Below are positions 17,942 through 28,490 of a stretch of 64,000 nucleotides of DNA, one piece after another. This DNA is from Candidatus Omnitrophota bacterium (GTDB lineage Bacteria; Omnitrophota; Omnitrophia; Omnitrophales; Aquincolibacteriaceae). The number at the start of each line of letters is the position of its first letter. Position 1 is the first letter of the stretch. A program made the position numbers and the translations under genes. The notes beneath the pieces were generated by a model. The model was not told the origin of the DNA. It did no database searches and was given only the letters and a program-made list of their open reading frames with translations. The stretch spans positions 4,168-68,167 of the forward strand of contig JACPXM010000020.1 of assembly GCA_016196545.1 (NCBI GenBank). Direction: 5' to 3'.

Positions 17942-20286
17942 AACCTTCCATCGGTATTTTGGCGAGCCACCCGATTCAATATCAGGCGCCTTGGTTTCGC
18001 GAGCTCGCGAAAGAATTTGATCTCCATGTTTATTTTGCCCATAGGCAAACGTCCAAGCAACAAGCCGAAGCGGGGTTCGGCCAAACTTTTGATTGGGATA
18101 CGAATTTATTGGAGGGATACTGTTATACCTTTCTTGAAAACCGATCCCAATCTCCCGGCGTAGACCATTTCTTGGGTTGCGATACCCCCCAGATCCAACA
18201 AATCATTAGGCAGCAAAATTTTGATTTATTTATTGTGTGCGGCTGGAATCTAAAGTCCTACTGGCAGGCCGTTCATGTCTGCCGAAATTTAGGAATTCCT
18301 GTCCTTGCGAGAGGGGATTCTCAATTGAACTCACCCCGACCTTGGTATCTGGCCTCGCTTAAGGAAATTGCCTACCGGATTTTACTCGGGCAATTTAACG
18401 GATTTCTCTGCGTGGGCCAGAGAAATCGGGAGTATCTCCTTCACTACGGCGTAGCGCCCAAGAGGATTTTTGATGCTCCCCACTGTGTGGATAATGACTG
18501 GTTTAAAAGGCAGGCAAAAATCGATAATGTCCACCGGCAAGCACTCAGGCGTCAACTGGGGATTTCCCCGGACGCCACGCTTCTTCTCTTTGTGGGAAAG
18601 CTGGTTCCAAGAAAATACCCTCTCGATTTGATTCAAGCTTTAAGTTTGCTCAAAAACAAAGGGATTCATGTCGAGGGCCTTTTTGTGGGTTCGGGCGAAA
18701 TGGAATCCTTGATTCGTCAAAGGGCCCAAAACCTTTCTTTAAAAGTTCATCTTGCGGGTTTTAAAAATCAGAGCGAATTGCCCCGCTATTATGCCTTGGC
18801 GGATATGCTTGTGCTTCCTTCTGACGGAAGCGAAACCTGGGGATTGGTGGCGAATGAGGCCATGGCCTGCGGCCTTCCGGCCGTGGTGTCACGTCAAGCA
18901 GGGTGTGCCGCTGATTTAATTGATGAAGGAAAAACAGGTGCCACTTTCCGTTTTGGAGATGCGGAAAATTTGGCAGAGCGTATTCAGTCCCTGCTGCCGC
19001 AATTAGGGTCCGAAGATCTTTCTTGTGCGATACAAAAAAAAATTGAAAAATACGCCCCTTCTGAAGCTGTCCAAGGGGTTAAAAAGGCCGTCGATTTTTT
19101 TGACCCTTTATCTTCAGGCCGACAAAAACTCACCCCTTCAGAGATTCGGATCTTGGTTATTTTTGGAAATATTCCTTTATACGGTCAGGAACGGGCGACC
19201 ATCCAATTATTTCATTCCCTTAAAAAAGAAGGAGTCTCTAGTTTATTGGTGACCCATAAGCAATGGGGGGGCCTTCATATCCAACCGGCACTCAACCAAT
19301 TTCAACTTCCATGGGTGGCCGCCACTTATGCGGACCGCTTTAGAAAAAACATGTCTTTTAATGAAAGAGTGGATAATATCAAAAAAATCATTGTTGGATC
19401 TTGGGAGATTTTAAAAATCGCGAGGGATTTTCAACCGACCCACATCCATGTTGTCAATGAAACTTATTTGCTCGTTACTTTTCCCGCCCTCCTTTGCATC
19501 GGAAAACCCATTGTCTATTTAGTCTGTGATTTACCCTTGAGGCATCGGCCTCTCTTTCGTTTTTGGTGGAAATGGATCCTCGCTAAAGTCGTCCGGCGAT
19601 TTGTCTGTGTCTCCCGGCATATTCAAAAATGCGTTCTCACGGCCGGTGTCAAAAGAAACAAAACAAACGTCATTTTTCTTTATCCCCCCGAAAGAATTCC
19701 TGCCCAAAAAGACAACAATACCTTACCGGATCGTTACACGAAGGGAATCACCGTGACCTATATCGGACAAATCGCTCAGCACAAAGGAGTCGATCTCTTC
19801 GTCCAGGCGTCCCTTGAGATTTGTCAATCCGAAAAGAATGTCCGATTTTTAATTGCGGGGGATTATGCCTGGGAAAATCCCTTTGCCGATTCTCTAAGAA
19901 CTCGGGTCACTCAAAGCGGCTATTCCGATAGGATTTTATTTTTAGGGAATATGGAGGCTATTGAGGATCTGCTCGCCATGACACAAATCCATGTTTGTCC
20001 TTCGATTTGGGAAGAACCCCTCCCTACGGTTGTTTTAGAGGCCAAGAGGGCCCAAGTGCCTTCCGTCGTGTTTGCCTCAGGGGGAATTCCTGAACTTGTG
20101 ATTCATGAGGAAGACGGATTTGTGTGCTCGGAAAAGACAACCGCTTCTTTAAAGGAAGGGATTGAGTATTTCATGAAGGATTCAGTCCGTTCCAGCGAAG
20201 CGGGGAAAAAAGCCAGGACTTCCTTGAAGAATTTAGGAATCGATGATTTTTCTAAACAATGGCGTACCCTTTATGAGCGCACCTAA
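17935..20286 (+). CDS. Bifunctional (tandem GT4-GT4) glycosyltransferase
   Basis: Two GT4 signatures: ETWGLVANEAMACG and EEPLPTVVLEA; 783 aa. Confidence 0.88.
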   Translation: MVKPSIGILASHPIQYQAPWFRELAKEFDLHVYFAHRQTSKQQAEAGFGQTFDWDTNLLEGYCYTFLENRSQSPGVDHFLGCDTPQIQQIIRQQNFDLFIVCGWNLKSYWQAVHVCRNLGIPVLARGDSQLNSPRPWYLASLKEIAYRILLGQFNGFLCVGQRNREYLLHYGVAPKRIFDAPHCVDNDWFKRQAKIDNVHRQALRRQLGISPDATLLLFVGKLVPRKYPLDLIQALSLLKNKGIHVEGLFVGSGEMESLIRQRAQNLSLKVHLAGFKNQSELPRYYALADMLVLPSDGSETWGLVANEAMACGLPAVVSRQAGCAADLIDEGKTGATFRFGDAENLAERIQSLLPQLGSEDLSCAIQKKIEKYAPSEAVQGVKKAVDFFDPLSSGRQKLTPSEIRILVIFGNIPLYGQERATIQLFHSLKKEGVSSLLVTHKQWGGLHIQPALNQFQLPWVAATYADRFRKNMSFNERVDNIKKIIVGSWEILKIARDFQPTHIHVVNETYLLVTFPALLCIGKPIVYLVCDLPLRHRPLFRFWWKWILAKVVRRFVCVSRHIQKCVLTAGVKRNKTNVIFLYPPERIPAQKDNNTLPDRYTKGITVTYIGQIAQHKGVDLFVQASLEICQSEKNVRFLIAGDYAWENPFADSLRTRVTQSGYSDRILFLGNMEAIEDLLAMTQIHVCPSIWEEPLPTVVLEAKRAQVPSVVFASGGIPELVIHEEDGFVCSEKTTASLKEGIEYFMKDSVRSSEAGKKARTSLKNLGIDDFSKQWRTLYERT

Positions 20287-21724
20287 CACGTATCTTCGAT
20301 TGCCCACGACGGCATGGTTTCTTATCGCCTTAGGATTGTTGACTTGTCTTGGAACTGCCAATCCCGCTTTTACCATGGCCAGTTTGATGTCCTTGGTTTT
20401 TTTTATCACGCTCTTGTGGCGGAAAGGGGAACCTCCGGTACTTTTTTTTGCGATCGCGTTTCAATGGCTACAGGTTAGCATAAAAATCTTTCATGCCAAT
20501 TTTATGGGATTCACGCTCGCCGATATGTTCGGAGATACCGATATCGAAAAAGCGATTACGCTTAGTCTTAGTGGATTGGCGGTACTGGGGTTGGGCATGA
20601 GATTCGGTCTCATTAATTTTAAGGGCACTCGAGAACAAAAAATAAAGGATGAGATTAAGCATTTTTCGGTGAAAAAAATCTGGGTCGTTTATCTTTTCAC
20701 GTTTATAGCCTCCTTAGTCTTCAAAGGGCTCATATGGAAAATTCCGCCTTTGACCCAGATTCTCCTTGCGGCATTCAATTTGAAATGGGCGGTTTTTTAT
20801 TTGCTGGCTTATACCATCATCGCAAAACGGATAGGGGCTTACTTTCTGATTTTAGCGGTCCTTATGGAAGTCATCGTTGGTGTGACGGGTTTTTTTTCAG
20901 ATTTCAAACAAGTCTTTTTTGTCTTATTTGTCGTCATGTGGACCGTGGGCTATCGCATGACGCCCAAAAATACGATCCGAACTCTCGCCATCGCCGTTTT
21001 GGTGTTTTTTATGGGGGTGGTTTGGACTTCGGTTAAAACAGAGTATCGAAAATTTGTGAGCGACGAAACCGGCCAACAAGTTACGCTTGTTTCCTATAAT
21101 GAAAGACTGAGTAAGATCATTGACCTTTCCTTGAGTATTGATTCGGAGCGTTTAACCAAAGGCGTTGAAAAACTTGCGGAACGGATAGCCTATGTGGATA
21201 TGTTCGCAAACGTATTGAATTATGTTCCGGACGTTATGCCTCATGAAAACGGAGCGCTTTGGAAGAAATCGATTATGCACATTCTTGCGCCCCGTATATT
21301 TTTTCCCAACAAACCCGTTTTGGAATCCGATTCTGAATTGACCATGAAATACACGGGGTTACAAATGGCAAGCGGTCAACAGGGAACCTCGATCAGCATC
21401 GGCTATATGGCGGAAAGCTACATCGATTTCAAAATTCCGGGAATGTTTATTCCTATTTTTATCCTCGGGATTTTATGGGGAGGAATGTATCGATACTTCA
21501 TAAGGAGATCTCGAACCAAAATATTTGGTTATGCCATTGCCGTGGCCGTTTTAATTCAAGCGAATCAGTTTGAAATTCATAATACCAAATTAGTTGGGGG
21601 CATGTTAATGAGTTTTATCGTTATGGGACTTGTACAGAAGTTTGGAATCCCCGTGATTAGTCAATGGGTGTTGATCGGTAGAGAGAAAAATGTCGCTGGT
21701 ATTACTCAAGAAAAACTATGTTGA
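20273..21724 (+). CDS. Polytopic membrane protein, putative Wzy-like polymerase/ligase
   Basis: About 11 hydrophobic segments; periplasmic loop with PRIFFPNKP and AESYIDF. Confidence 0.6.
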   Translation: MSAPNTYLRLPTTAWFLIALGLLTCLGTANPAFTMASLMSLVFFITLLWRKGEPPVLFFAIAFQWLQVSIKIFHANFMGFTLADMFGDTDIEKAITLSLSGLAVLGLGMRFGLINFKGTREQKIKDEIKHFSVKKIWVVYLFTFIASLVFKGLIWKIPPLTQILLAAFNLKWAVFYLLAYTIIAKRIGAYFLILAVLMEVIVGVTGFFSDFKQVFFVLFVVMWTVGYRMTPKNTIRTLAIAVLVFFMGVVWTSVKTEYRKFVSDETGQQVTLVSYNERLSKIIDLSLSIDSERLTKGVEKLAERIAYVDMFANVLNYVPDVMPHENGALWKKSIMHILAPRIFFPNKPVLESDSELTMKYTGLQMASGQQGTSISIGYMAESYIDFKIPGMFIPIFILGILWGGMYRYFIRRSRTKIFGYAIAVAVLIQANQFEIHNTKLVGGMLMSFIVMGLVQKFGIPVISQWVLIGREKNVAGITQEKLC

Positions 21725-22926
21725 CAAATCTTTTTAGGTATCGGGACAAAGCTTTGATGATCATTGCGGGGTTTTTAGCCATTGTGAGTATAGGGAAAGG
21801 ATATCGAAATGCGTTAATGCCCGGTCAAAGCCAGGATTTGTTGCTTGTTTACAATTGGACAAAAATATGGTTATGGAACGGAGTCAATCCTTATGATGCA
21901 TCATACGCCAATTATCTGCCTCATGGACTGTTAATCCTTAGTCCTTTAACCCTTTTTTCTGAGGAATGGATATCCCCGATTTGGGGGGTATTAAATCTCA
22001 TTATTGCTCCTTTAATAGGTTACTTGGCTTTTCGTATGATTTGCCCCCAAGAGCCGATTCGTAAGGCAATTACCTTTACACTCATGGTATGCACCTGGGC
22101 TGGGATAAGAGTTGGAATAGGGAACGGTCAGTTCAGTTTATGGGCATTTGGGTTAGGACTGCTTGCCGTTGCGATAAGCGATAAAAAGCCATACTTAAGC
22201 GGTATCTTGTTGGCATTGTCTTTGACGAAACCCCATATTGGGTGTGCTTTTGTTTTATGGGCTTTATTTGTCTGTAAATTTAAGATTCTGATTATAAGTG
22301 TTTGCATCATGATCGCAGGGTGGAGTTTATTCTCTCTCCGAGTTTTACAGACGCCCCTCGAAGTGGCTCATTCTTTTTTTGTGGTGCTTGAGGATCAATT
22401 TTTCGTATCTGATTTTTTTCGGGGGAATTTTGAACTACGGCCCCTTATTTATGTTTTTCTATCAGATTCCATTTCGGCGGGAATTGTACATAACATCATC
22501 GTTGTTTCAAGCCTAATCGTAATAGGCACGATTATTATTCGAGAACGCGATAAACAGAAGTTAAATAAGAGTTTCTTCATCCTCAATCTCTGCTGTGTGT
22601 GGTGCCTCATGAGTTTTTTTCATAATGTCTATGACATTGTATTGATGATCCCGTTTATGGCTGATCTTTATGGGACTATGATCAGTCCCAATCGATCAGT
22701 GATTTTAGGTTCCCTTCCACGGGCTGTATTTTGGGGCTTTCAATTTTCTTTTGTTGCGCATCTTCCAGGGATTGTTTGGAAACTAACTCAGCAAACACAT
22801 CAGATCGTAAACTTATCTATGATTCATCCCTTACTGCATTTTGACAGGCTTTTTCCTCTCTTGGCTCTAGCATATCTTTTATACCTTTTTTGGGGGAGGA
22901 ATCATATTTTTTTAAAGCATGTATGA
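21718..22926 (+). CDS. GT87-like (GT-C) membrane glycosyltransferase
   Basis: GVNPY, NYLP, NGQ, LTKPH, HNVYD; polytopic. Confidence 0.7.
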   Translation: MLTNLFRYRDKALMIIAGFLAIVSIGKGYRNALMPGQSQDLLLVYNWTKIWLWNGVNPYDASYANYLPHGLLILSPLTLFSEEWISPIWGVLNLIIAPLIGYLAFRMICPQEPIRKAITFTLMVCTWAGIRVGIGNGQFSLWAFGLGLLAVAISDKKPYLSGILLALSLTKPHIGCAFVLWALFVCKFKILIISVCIMIAGWSLFSLRVLQTPLEVAHSFFVVLEDQFFVSDFFRGNFELRPLIYVFLSDSISAGIVHNIIVVSSLIVIGTIIIRERDKQKLNKSFFILNLCCVWCLMSFFHNVYDIVLMIPFMADLYGTMISPNRSVILGSLPRAVFWGFQFSFVAHLPGIVWKLTQQTHQIVNLSMIHPLLHFDRLFPLLALAYLLYLFWGRNHIFLKHV

Positions 22927-22965
22927 AAGCAATCCATAATATTTTAAGTTCACTTTGAGGCGAAT

Positions 22966-24138
22966 ATGTTGAAACTGCTTCATATTATTCCTTCCATGAG
23001 TCCTTCTTATGGAGGGCCCAGTCATACGCTGCAGCAATTAGCCAGAGCCTTGAAAGGGAAAGGGGTAAGCGTCACCATTCTGACGACCCATCATAAAAAG
23101 GAAACAACGTTTAAAGATCAGAATGCGGAAATAGTCTCTATTCCTCGTTTGACAGATTTCATTTTTTATGCACCGCTGATGGGGCCTTGGCTTAAAAAAA
23201 ATATTTTTGGATTCGACATCGTCCATATTCACTCTTTATTTTCTTTCCCTGCCTTTATCGGAGGCTATTATGCGCGAACTTTCAAAAAACCTTATGTGAT
23301 TCGTCCTTTTGGGACTCTGGATGCCGAGTCTTTGCGGCATCATCCAATAAGAAAAAAAATTTACTTTGAACTTTTTGAAAAGAAAAACCTCCAAGGTGCT
23401 CAATGGATACACTGTACCTCGCGCTCGGAGGAAGAGGCCCTACGGCATCTGGGGCTAAGAATCCCCACAAAATTAATTCCCATGGGATTGATACTGAATC
23501 TTGACAATGACAAGACCTCCCAAGCCAGGGATCGGTTGGATCCGCAGACCTTCGGGAAGAAGAAACTCCTATTTTTGGGAAGAATTCACCCGAGAAAGGG
23601 TCTTGATTTTCTTATGGAGGTTATCTCAAAACTTAAACAGCGAAGAAGTGACTTCGTATTGCTTCTTGCTGGAAGTGGAGAAGAAAAATATATAAAAACT
23701 CTACAACAGAAAATTGAAAAGGAAAATATTAAAGATCATATTATTTGGTTGGGTGAAATTTCGGATCGATTGAAAAAAAGGGAGCTTTTAAAACAGGCAG
23801 ACCTTTTTCTATTGCCCTCTCATCGTGAGAGTTTCGGTCTCGCCGTGGTCGAAGCGATGGAAATGGGATGTCCTGTTTTGATCTCGGATCAGGTTGCGCT
23901 CGCGGCAGACATTCAGGAGGCAAAAGCCGGAATCGTTCTACCCCTCTCAACGGAACAATTTTCTAACGTTATCTGTGACATTCTGAATAACCCCAAAGCC
24001 CGTGATTTGTTCGGGTCTCAGGGGATAAAATTAGTTAAAGAAAAATTTGATTTGGGGAAAAACGTCGAAAATCTAATTGGGGAATACCAAAACATTTTAA
24101 AGAACAACTCCTCTCTATGTCCGATCAACCTAAAGTAG
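22966..24138 (+). CDS. Glycosyltransferase family 4
   Basis: YGGP, LFLGRIHPRKG, ESFGLAVVEAM. Confidence 0.92.
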   Translation: MLKLLHIIPSMSPSYGGPSHTLQQLARALKGKGVSVTILTTHHKKETTFKDQNAEIVSIPRLTDFIFYAPLMGPWLKKNIFGFDIVHIHSLFSFPAFIGGYYARTFKKPYVIRPFGTLDAESLRHHPIRKKIYFELFEKKNLQGAQWIHCTSRSEEEALRHLGLRIPTKLIPMGLILNLDNDKTSQARDRLDPQTFGKKKLLFLGRIHPRKGLDFLMEVISKLKQRRSDFVLLLAGSGEEKYIKTLQQKIEKENIKDHIIWLGEISDRLKKRELLKQADLFLLPSHRESFGLAVVEAMEMGCPVLISDQVALAADIQEAKAGIVLPLSTEQFSNVICDILNNPKARDLFGSQGIKLVKEKFDLGKNVENLIGEYQNILKNNSSLCPINLK

Positions 24139-24944
24139 CGATTATCACGCCCTTTTACAAAAGGGATTTGAGTCCGGAGGAAACAATTTCCCTGAGGCAT
24201 TTGAATCATTTTTTGGGCCCCTATGATAAATATCTAGTGATGCCGGAAGGTAAAAAAGGGGGCCTCAAGGGGTTTCAAAAAACTTTTGTTCCCCAAAAAT
24301 ATTTTAAGAGCCTCGATTCTTACAGTCATTTGCTTTTATCAAAGAAATTTTACCAGCGGTTTGCCCGCTATGATTACATTTTGATTTATCAGCTTGATTC
24401 TTTAGTGTTCTCAGATCAACTCATGGAGTGGTGTGTTCGAGGCTATGATTATATTGGGGCCCCCTGGTTAAAGGAATTCGGATTCCCCTGGACTCAAGGA
24501 AAGGATTTGGTGGGAAATGGAGGGTTTTCCCTGAGAAAGGTTGATAAATTTATTGAGATATTAGAAAATTACAACCATATCGAATTTCTTACCAAACGCT
24601 TGCTTTCCAGCGCCAGACGATTAACATTGAGATTACCGAAGCGCATCTACAAGGCCATTGTTCGGAGCGAGGCGAAGACCACGCTTTACGATCTGTATCA
24701 TAATCCTTATCGATTGTTGAATTGGCTGAATCGAGGATATTCCGGAGAAGACCTTTTTTGGTCGGTCGAGGCCTCTCAGTATGTAAGGCAATATATCAAA
24801 GCCCCCGTGGAGCAAGCCTTGGCCTTCTCCTTTGAAGCAAATCCCGCCTCTTGCTTCAAGAAAAATCATAACACGCTGCCTTTTGGGTGTCATGCGTGGC
24901 CGAAAAATAACAGAAATTTTTGGGAGGCCTATCTTTTGCAATGA
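24117..24944 (+). CDS. DUF5672-type putative glycosyltransferase (copy 1)
   Basis: LIYQLD, YDYIGAPW, VGNGGFSLR, FSFE, PFGCHAW. Confidence 0.85.
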   Translation: MSDQPKVAIITPFYKRDLSPEETISLRHLNHFLGPYDKYLVMPEGKKGGLKGFQKTFVPQKYFKSLDSYSHLLLSKKFYQRFARYDYILIYQLDSLVFSDQLMEWCVRGYDYIGAPWLKEFGFPWTQGKDLVGNGGFSLRKVDKFIEILENYNHIEFLTKRLLSSARRLTLRLPKRIYKAIVRSEAKTTLYDLYHNPYRLLNWLNRGYSGEDLFWSVEASQYVRQYIKAPVEQALAFSFEANPASCFKKNHNTLPFGCHAWPKNNRNFWEAYLLQ

Positions 24945-26764
24945 AGATTTCAGACGATATTTTACGTTTTAAATCTCTGATTCAAAAAACGGAATTAAAA
25001 CTATATTATTTCGTTTTGCCCTCGACCCTTGCGATCCTTTCGTCTCTTTTGGAAGGGGCAACCGTGATGCTTCTTCCCTCTCTTCTCCAAGCGATTTTGA
25101 CCTTAAACATGAATGCCCTCGATCATTCCTTTATTTTTCGATGGCTGGATCCCGTTTTTCCGCTTGATCAAATTTCGAATAGCTCAAAATTCTTGCTTAC
25201 CGTAAGTTTTGTTTTCATCGGCAGTATTGCCCGGCAGATCTTCCAGTATGGAGCTCTGGTGAGTTCCGCTTATCTGGTAAGAACTTTTGCAGACCGCCTG
25301 AGGCAGGCGATCTTCAGCCGATGCCTGAGTTTTAATAAGCATTTTTTTGATGCAACCAGCATCGGGTACATGCATGAAACGGTCAATTACCCAAAGCAGA
25401 TTGCTGCGAAATTGCTGGAAGCGCAGTCGGTCATGATTCAATTGCTTCTCACTGTTGTTTACGTAACCATCCTTTTTTATATTTCGTGGGAATTGACCCT
25501 GATTAGTTTATTTTCATTTTTCTGCACGTATTTTTCCCTGCGGTGGCTGATCTTTAAAATTAAGCATTCTTCCAGAGACTATGTGATATCCCAAAATGAA
25601 TTGGGGAAAAAAATTTATGAAATCTTTTCTTGCATCCCTTTGGTGAAGGCCTATTCCAGGGAAACCGAAGAAAAAAAGAATTTTTCTGAATTGAGCCGGC
25701 AGGTGAGCCTGTTTGAATTTAGCATTGATAAAAAATGGCTCTTGATACCGTCGATTCAGGAAATGATTCAGCTGCTTTCAATTTTAGTGGTTTTATCCGC
25801 AATGGTTTATTTGGTGATTCATGGCGAGGGTGCCGATAGAATCGCTCAATACCTTGTCTTTTTTTACATTATGAGAAGGACCTCTGCGTCCATCGCGATC
25901 ATTAATTCCGCGAGAGGTGCTTTTGCCACCATCAGCGGTCCCGTGGAGGCTATCTCTAAGCTTTTAGAAGGCACAAGCCCGTATGAGATTCAAGAGGGGG
26001 ATAAAGAATTTTCCGGTATTCAAAAGGAAATCCATTTTCGTCATCTTAATTTTTCCTATCCTGGAAATCCAAACGTTCTGCAAGATGTTAATTTAATTTT
26101 GAAGCGAGGAGAAACAACAGCCCTCGTAGGTCCTTCCGGAGCCGGCAAAAGCACCTTGGTTCATTTGCTCCTTCGTTATTATGATTGCCCCCAAGGCTCG
26201 ATTCTTCTTGACGGTGAGGACATCCAGTCTTTCACCAATAAATCGCTTAGAAAGAAAATGGCGCTGGTCAGCCAGGATATTTTCTTGTTTCACCTATCCC
26301 TTCGTGAAAATCTTTTGTATGGCTTAGAAAGTCCAGTCCCGGAAGGGACCATTCAAAAAGTGCTGCATCAATCAAGACTAGCTGAATTTGTGCGGGGCCT
26401 TCCCTCAGGACTTGAGACCGTCGTCGGGGATCGCGGTATAAAACTTTCGGGGGGTGAGAAGCAAAGGCTTTCGATTGCCCGCGCAATTTTAAAGGATGCT
26501 GAAATTCTCATTCTGGATGAGGCCACAAGCTCCCTTGACAGTGTGACGGAGCGGTTGATTCAGGAAGCGATGGACGAACTTGTCAAAGGAAAGACCGTTA
26601 TGGTGATTGCCCATCGCTTTTCGACGATTCAAAAAGCGGATAAAGTGGTTTATCTTGAAAATGGGCGGGTCCTGGAAGAGGGGAAGTGGGAAGGGCTTTT
26701 GAAGCAAAAGGGCAAGGTCTACGAGGCCTGGAAGAATCAAAAAATTAATGTCGAATCCCTCTAA
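24941..26764 (+). CDS. ABC exporter, fused TMD-NBD (MsbA/PglK/HepA-like glycan flippase)
   Basis: GPSGAGKST, LSGGEKQR, ILDEATS, IAHR; N-terminal TM helices. Confidence 0.92.
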   Translation: MKISDDILRFKSLIQKTELKLYYFVLPSTLAILSSLLEGATVMLLPSLLQAILTLNMNALDHSFIFRWLDPVFPLDQISNSSKFLLTVSFVFIGSIARQIFQYGALVSSAYLVRTFADRLRQAIFSRCLSFNKHFFDATSIGYMHETVNYPKQIAAKLLEAQSVMIQLLLTVVYVTILFYISWELTLISLFSFFCTYFSLRWLIFKIKHSSRDYVISQNELGKKIYEIFSCIPLVKAYSRETEEKKNFSELSRQVSLFEFSIDKKWLLIPSIQEMIQLLSILVVLSAMVYLVIHGEGADRIAQYLVFFYIMRRTSASIAIINSARGAFATISGPVEAISKLLEGTSPYEIQEGDKEFSGIQKEIHFRHLNFSYPGNPNVLQDVNLILKRGETTALVGPSGAGKSTLVHLLLRYYDCPQGSILLDGEDIQSFTNKSLRKKMALVSQDIFLFHLSLRENLLYGLESPVPEGTIQKVLHQSRLAEFVRGLPSGLETVVGDRGIKLSGGEKQRLSIARAILKDAEILILDEATSSLDSVTERLIQEAMDELVKGKTVMVIAHRFSTIQKADKVVYLENGRVLEEGKWEGLLKQKGKVYEAWKNQKINVESL

Positions 26765-27569
26765 CGTTGCAGTGATTGTCCCTTTTCATAAGGGATCACT
26801 GAGCCGGGATGAATCAATTTCTCTCAGGCACCTGAATCATTTTTTGGGTCCCTACGAAAAATTTCTTGTGATTCCGGAAAATCTTAGCTTGGACCTTCAA
26901 GGGTTTCAGAAAATGGTTTTTCCGGAAAAATTATTTCGGAGCGTTCAATCCTACAATTATCTGCTCTCCAAAAGAGATTTTTATCTTACTTTTAAGCGCT
27001 ACGAATATATCTTAATTTATCAGCTGGACTCCCTTGTCTTTTCTGATCAGCTCCTGCACTGGTGCTCCCAGGGCTATGATTACATTGGGGCGCCGTGGCT
27101 GAAGGAGTTTAAGCTTCCCTGGACCGAGGGAAAAGACCTCGTAGGAAACGGCGGCTTTTCACTCAGGAAGGTAGAAACCTTTCTGGAGGTCTTAGATACT
27201 TATGAAAAATCTCCCAGGCGATTCATCCCAATTCTCGGTCGCCTCTTACAAAGGGTCCCGCATTGGATTCGTAGGGGGAGGAATGCCCAAGCAAGAAGGA
27301 AAATATTAAGCGATTTTAAGAAGCATCCCTTTGGGGTCCTCAATTGGCTCGAGCGGGGAAACTGCAATGGGGAAGACATGTTTTGGTCCATTATGGTTCC
27401 AAAATTTAGTCCGAAATTCAAAAAAGCACCCCCCCGGAAGGCCTTATCTTTCTCTTTTGAATTTAACCCGAGGCTGTCCTTTCAAATGAATCATAAGGCG
27501 CTGCCTTTCGGGTGCCATGCCTGGGCCAAATATGACCGGGCCTTTTGGGAGCCTTACCTTCTTTCATGA
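26748..27569 (+). CDS. DUF5672-type putative glycosyltransferase (copy 2)
   Basis: Same motifs as 24117-24944, visibly high identity. Confidence 0.85.
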   Translation: MSNPSNVAVIVPFHKGSLSRDESISLRHLNHFLGPYEKFLVIPENLSLDLQGFQKMVFPEKLFRSVQSYNYLLSKRDFYLTFKRYEYILIYQLDSLVFSDQLLHWCSQGYDYIGAPWLKEFKLPWTEGKDLVGNGGFSLRKVETFLEVLDTYEKSPRRFIPILGRLLQRVPHWIRRGRNAQARRKILSDFKKHPFGVLNWLERGNCNGEDMFWSIMVPKFSPKFKKAPPRKALSFSFEFNPRLSFQMNHKALPFGCHAWAKYDRAFWEPYLLS

Positions 27570-28480
27570 GTCCGGCACCCCAAGTGGGACCTCTCAAAAA
27601 AAAATGCGCACTGTTGACCTTGGTCAAAAATGAAAACATATTTCTCCCGCTTTGGCTTCAGTATTACTCAAAAATTTTCAACCCGGAAGATATTTATATC
27701 CTGGATCATGAAAGTAATGATGGGAGCATCGAGGAATGCCTTAAAAAATATTCCTTTCAACATATCCCCTTGCGCTGGGGTTATTATGACGAAATCTGGA
27801 AGGTCGAGAGGGTCCGCGAAAAGCAACGCGAATTACTTCAATTTTACGAATATGTTTTGTTTACGGATGCGGATGAAATCCTGATTCCTAATCCCCGAAA
27901 ATTTGGCAGTTTGCGCAACTATATCGATGGTCTTGACCGCGATTATGTCCTTTCCACGGGATTTCAGCTCATTCATCAAAGGGGGCTTGAGCCAAGGCTT
28001 GATCTGAGGCGGCCCCTTTTAGAACAGAGAAGCTATTGGTATCCCGATAAAATGTACGACAAACCGCTTCTCGCCCGTAAACCCCTGGACTGGATGCCAG
28101 GATTTCACGAGGCTAAAAATGCCAGCGGTGTCAGGGATCCTGATCTTTGGCTCTTGCATCTGCATAAAATGGATTTTGACATTTGCTGGTTAAAGCACCA
28201 GGCCATCGCAAAATTATCGCATCATCCCGATTGCGTTAAAAAAAAGTTTTCCTGGCATTATCGAATCCTTAATCTCCGTGAATTTGAGGATTATTTCATT
28301 CCACGCGAATTGAAAAAAGGGGGCGCACGCCATTATTTAAAAAAAGGAATCCTTTTTTTTGAGTGGTTGAAGGAAACCCTCTTAAAGCAGAATTCCCTTT
28401 CATGGTCGGAATGGATTTCTGAACGCATCCCTAAAATGACAAAAATGCCCCAGGATTTGATTCAAAAAAAAGTGATTTGA
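27566..28480 (+). CDS. GT2-like glycosyltransferase (Glyco_tranf_2_4 type)
   Basis: VKNENIFLPLW, LDHESNDGS, FTDADE, GFH. Confidence 0.78.
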   Translation: MSPAPQVGPLKKKCALLTLVKNENIFLPLWLQYYSKIFNPEDIYILDHESNDGSIEECLKKYSFQHIPLRWGYYDEIWKVERVREKQRELLQFYEYVLFTDADEILIPNPRKFGSLRNYIDGLDRDYVLSTGFQLIHQRGLEPRLDLRRPLLEQRSYWYPDKMYDKPLLARKPLDWMPGFHEAKNASGVRDPDLWLLHLHKMDFDICWLKHQAIAKLSHHPDCVKKKFSWHYRILNLREFEDYFIPRELKKGGARHYLKKGILFFEWLKETLLKQNSLSWSEWISERIPKMTKMPQDLIQKKVI

Positions 28481-28490
28481 TCCGCTAAGA

